Shown piece after piece: positions 61,887-64,000 of a stretch of DNA of 64,000 bases (position 1 is the stretch's first letter; each line of letters starts with the position of its first letter). The notes below the pieces were generated by a model that ran no database searches, had not been told where the DNA came from, and saw nothing but the letters and a program-made list of their open reading frames with translations. Position numbers and translations under genes: made by a program. The DNA is from an uncultured Planctomycetota bacterium (GTDB taxonomy: Bacteria > Planctomycetota > PLA2 > JAEUHO01), in assembly GCA_963752285.1 (NCBI GenBank), contig CAVVXN010000002.1:512001-576000 (forward strand), written 5' to 3'.

Positions 61887-62252
61887 TCAGGTGTATGGAA
61901 TGGGGTCCATTCCACATTCGAAATGGAGTGCTGCCGTCCTCGCCCGTGTGGCGCGCCACTCGCGAAGCGTCCCGAAGAGGGCACGCTCCTCAGGCGCGAG
62001 GTCGGCCGTCACGTCCGAGGGCGGGGGCCGGCCCGCGATTCGAGGCGCGCTCGCTTCGCCGGAGGCCGTGGCCACCGGGAGCGGCGGCTCCTGGTAGGTG
62101 ATCAGGCAGGCGAGGTGGGGCAGGTCGTGGACGGTGAAGAAGTGCTCGCGCACGGCGAGGATCTCCTTGTCGCGCACGAAGTCGGCCAGCGGGCGCTCGT
62201 CGAAGCCGCCGAGCGCGGCGGCACACTGCAGCGTCAGGACCTTCACTCGCAT
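61887..62252 (-). pseudogene. DGR-associated-type HRDC protein, truncated after the first HRDC helix
   Basis: GGFDERPLADFVRDKEILAVREHFF...PHLACLITY N-domain, then EERALFGTLREWRATRAR; expected (E)GVP.Y... continuation replaced by unrelated sequence at ~61935. Confidence 0.7.
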
Positions 62253-62381
62253 GGCGGGCTTGCGGGAGAATAGGGCGTGTCCATCCTTCCGGCCCCCCCT
62301 ACGCATCCTTCCCGCCGACCAGCCAGAGAACCTCCTCGGAGCGTCCCACGGGCGGCGGGAAAGAGGTGAAGTGATGAAGCC

Positions 62382-62510
62382 CTACGGGGTGACGGGCCTG
62401 GCGGGGCGGACGCCGAGGTTGTTGTCGCGGTCCCCCGGGTCGTCCCCGTCCCGGGCCGCGGAGCGCGCGTTCCCGGCGACGTTGATCCACGACCCGCCAC
62501 GGAGCACGCG
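62382..62510 (-). other. Putative DGR variable region (VR) at the 3' end of the FGE/CLec gene
   Basis: RVLRGGSWINVAGNARSAARDGDDPGDRDNNLGVRPA; variable codons (ATC AAC GTC, GCC, GAC GGG GAC, GAC AAC AAC) are all reachable from AAC/AGG by adenine-only changes; HRDC gene follows. Confidence 0.6.
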
Positions 62511-64000
62511 GAAGCCGGAGCCCTGCTGCACGAGCGGGTCGGTCGTCGGGCCCCGAGCGTACGCATGGGGCGAGTAGACGTCGCGGCACCACTCCCAGAC
62601 GTTCCCGTGCACGTCGAACAGTCCGAAGGCGTTCGGCGCGAAGGACCCGGCCGGAGCGTGCACGCTGTGCCCGTCGTCCACCTCGGGCGTCACGGCGAAC
62701 GTCGCCCCCCCGTGCCCCTTCAGCCAGGCGTCGGCGACGTTGGCGACCTCGCCCAGCTTCGAGACATCCCGGCCCGTGAACCAGGGCGTGTCCGTCCCCG
62801 CCCGGCAGGCGTACTCCCGCTGGGCCTCCGTGGGGAGCACGAGGCGGTTTCGCGACAGCCAGAGATCGCAGTCCTCCCATGAAACCTGCTCGACCGGGTT
62901 CCGGCCCGTGAGCGGCTTGTCGCCGAGCGTCTGCCCCGCCTTGTAGCGGCTCGGGTCCAGCCCTCCCGTCATCTCCTTCCACTCGGCCTGCGTGCACTCG
63001 TACTTCGACAGGAAGAAGGGCGAGAGCGTCACCTCGTGGACGGGCGACTCGTCGTCCTCGGCCTCGGGGGCGTAGTTCGGCCCGTCCTTGTCCTTCTTCT
63101 GCGCGCCCATCTGGAACGTCCCCCCCGGGATCAGGACCAGCACGACCGCGGCGTCCTCCTCCGGGACGAGGTGCCCCTTCTCGTCCCGCGTGGGGAATCG
63201 AGCCCGAGCCCAGCTGCGCAAACTCGAAGAGGTGGGAGTCCGGGATCCTCGCCCAACGGGACGAGCCCGAGCTGCCGCGTGATCACACAGGCCCCCGTAC
63301 TTCGGGGAGGCCTTGATCGCCTCGATCGTCCGCTTCCACTCCTGCTCGTGGTCCTCGATCGAACGCTCGGCGGAGCGCGGTCACGAAGTCGCGGCGCTTC
63401 TCGATGTCGGCGAGGAAGCCGCCCTTTCCCCGCGCTCCCGCCCCCGTCGAGCCGGTCGAGACCCGCCAGCAGGTCCACGAGCACCTGGTGCTGCCAGTCC
63501 ACCTGCGGGTCCTCGAAGGTCCAGGATTGTCGCTCCTCGAGCCCGGTCTCGAGCCTCGCCACCTCCTTCCTCACCGCCTCGGCCTGCTCGTCGAGCGCCT
63601 TCTTCTTCGCCTCGGCGTCGTCGCCCTCGATCTTTGCCTTTGCGGCCTCGATCTCCTCCAGGCGTTTCTTCCCCGTCTCGATCGGCCTTCGGTCCGCCTC
63701 GTGGTCCTTGGCCTTCGCTTCGTCCGTGTAGGGGAGGGCCTGCTCCCGGATCGCGGCGAGGCGCGTCTGATGGTCCCCGCGGCGTGCGAGGACGTCCTTG
63801 GTGCGCCTCGATCCAGGCCTCCATGTCGTGGGCCTTCTCGGGCACGAGCGGCCAGAGCCGGTCTGCCTCGGCCACGAGGTCGGCGACCTTCTTGGAGTCT
63901 GCGAGGCGGGCGATCTCGTCGTAGGCGCGGGTCTTCTCATCCAGGGCTCTGGTTTTCGCGTCGCGTTCAGTTGCAACCTGTTCGAGGGCCTTCGGCCTTC
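62382..64000 (-). CDS. Multidomain protein with coiled coil and C-terminal FGE-sulfatase (SUMF1, CLec-fold) domain; 5' end outside window; at least six apparent +1 frameshifts between ~63190 and ~63810
   Basis: IPGGTFQMG, ESPVHEV, FFLSKYECTQ, PVEQVSW, LPTEAQREYACRAG, PNAFGLFDVHGNVWEWC, RGGSW; upstream segments join into one protein if single extra bases are removed. Confidence 0.85.

Noticed and set aside
61295..61890. Possible IS91/ISCR-like transposase tail or oriIS (CGTTTGA at ~61879) and several short ORFs
   Set aside because: Similarity too weak; no HUH/Y2 motifs, no consistent codon bias; left unannotated
61295..62250. Search for a DGR template repeat (AAC-rich copy of the VR) or RT downstream of the HRDC gene
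   Set aside because: No AAC-rich or GTT-rich copy of the VR and no RT motifs seen here or elsewhere in the window by eye
62382..63190. FGE domain as the maturase for the sulfatase at 3028-4584
   Set aside because: Lacks the catalytic Cys pair of true FGE in the GGS..C...C region, is part of a multidomain protein, and the sulfatase has no Cys/Ser target

Overview
Very high-GC bacterial DNA. Gene content (Hanks-type Ser/Thr kinases, sulfatase, HEAT and alpha/alpha-toroid proteins, alpha-2-macroglobulin, FGE-domain protein) suggests Planctomycetota; this is inference. Positions 1-55.7 kb are densely packed ordinary genes: a two-component pair, secreted and lipoproteins, A2M, two kinases, a sirtuin, queA-queG, truB, gltX, glnS, an AICAR transformylase, a B12 radical SAM enzyme, an RRM protein, and a MacAB-like exporter run. 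That run continues into an unusual type-I phosphomannose-isomerase/nucleotidyltransferase fusion, a GT4 and msrA. The last ~8 kb (55.9-64 kb) is a rearranged conflict/variation hotspot. It holds a DUF4328-like gene cut by a 5'-truncated Rhs gene, whose lower-GC tip lacks the DPxG autoprotease motifs and has a His/Cys dyad-like pattern. A group II intron 3' remnant (domain V/VI) sits between the Rhs gene and a membrane-anchored partner gene. On the opposite strand is the remains of a diversity-generating retroelement (DGR): a CLec/FGE target with a VR-like end plus a truncated HRDC accessory gene, with no TR or RT in the window. No rRNA, tRNA or CRISPR array was seen. Start codons were chosen by eye and family names are from motif recognition, not database searches.
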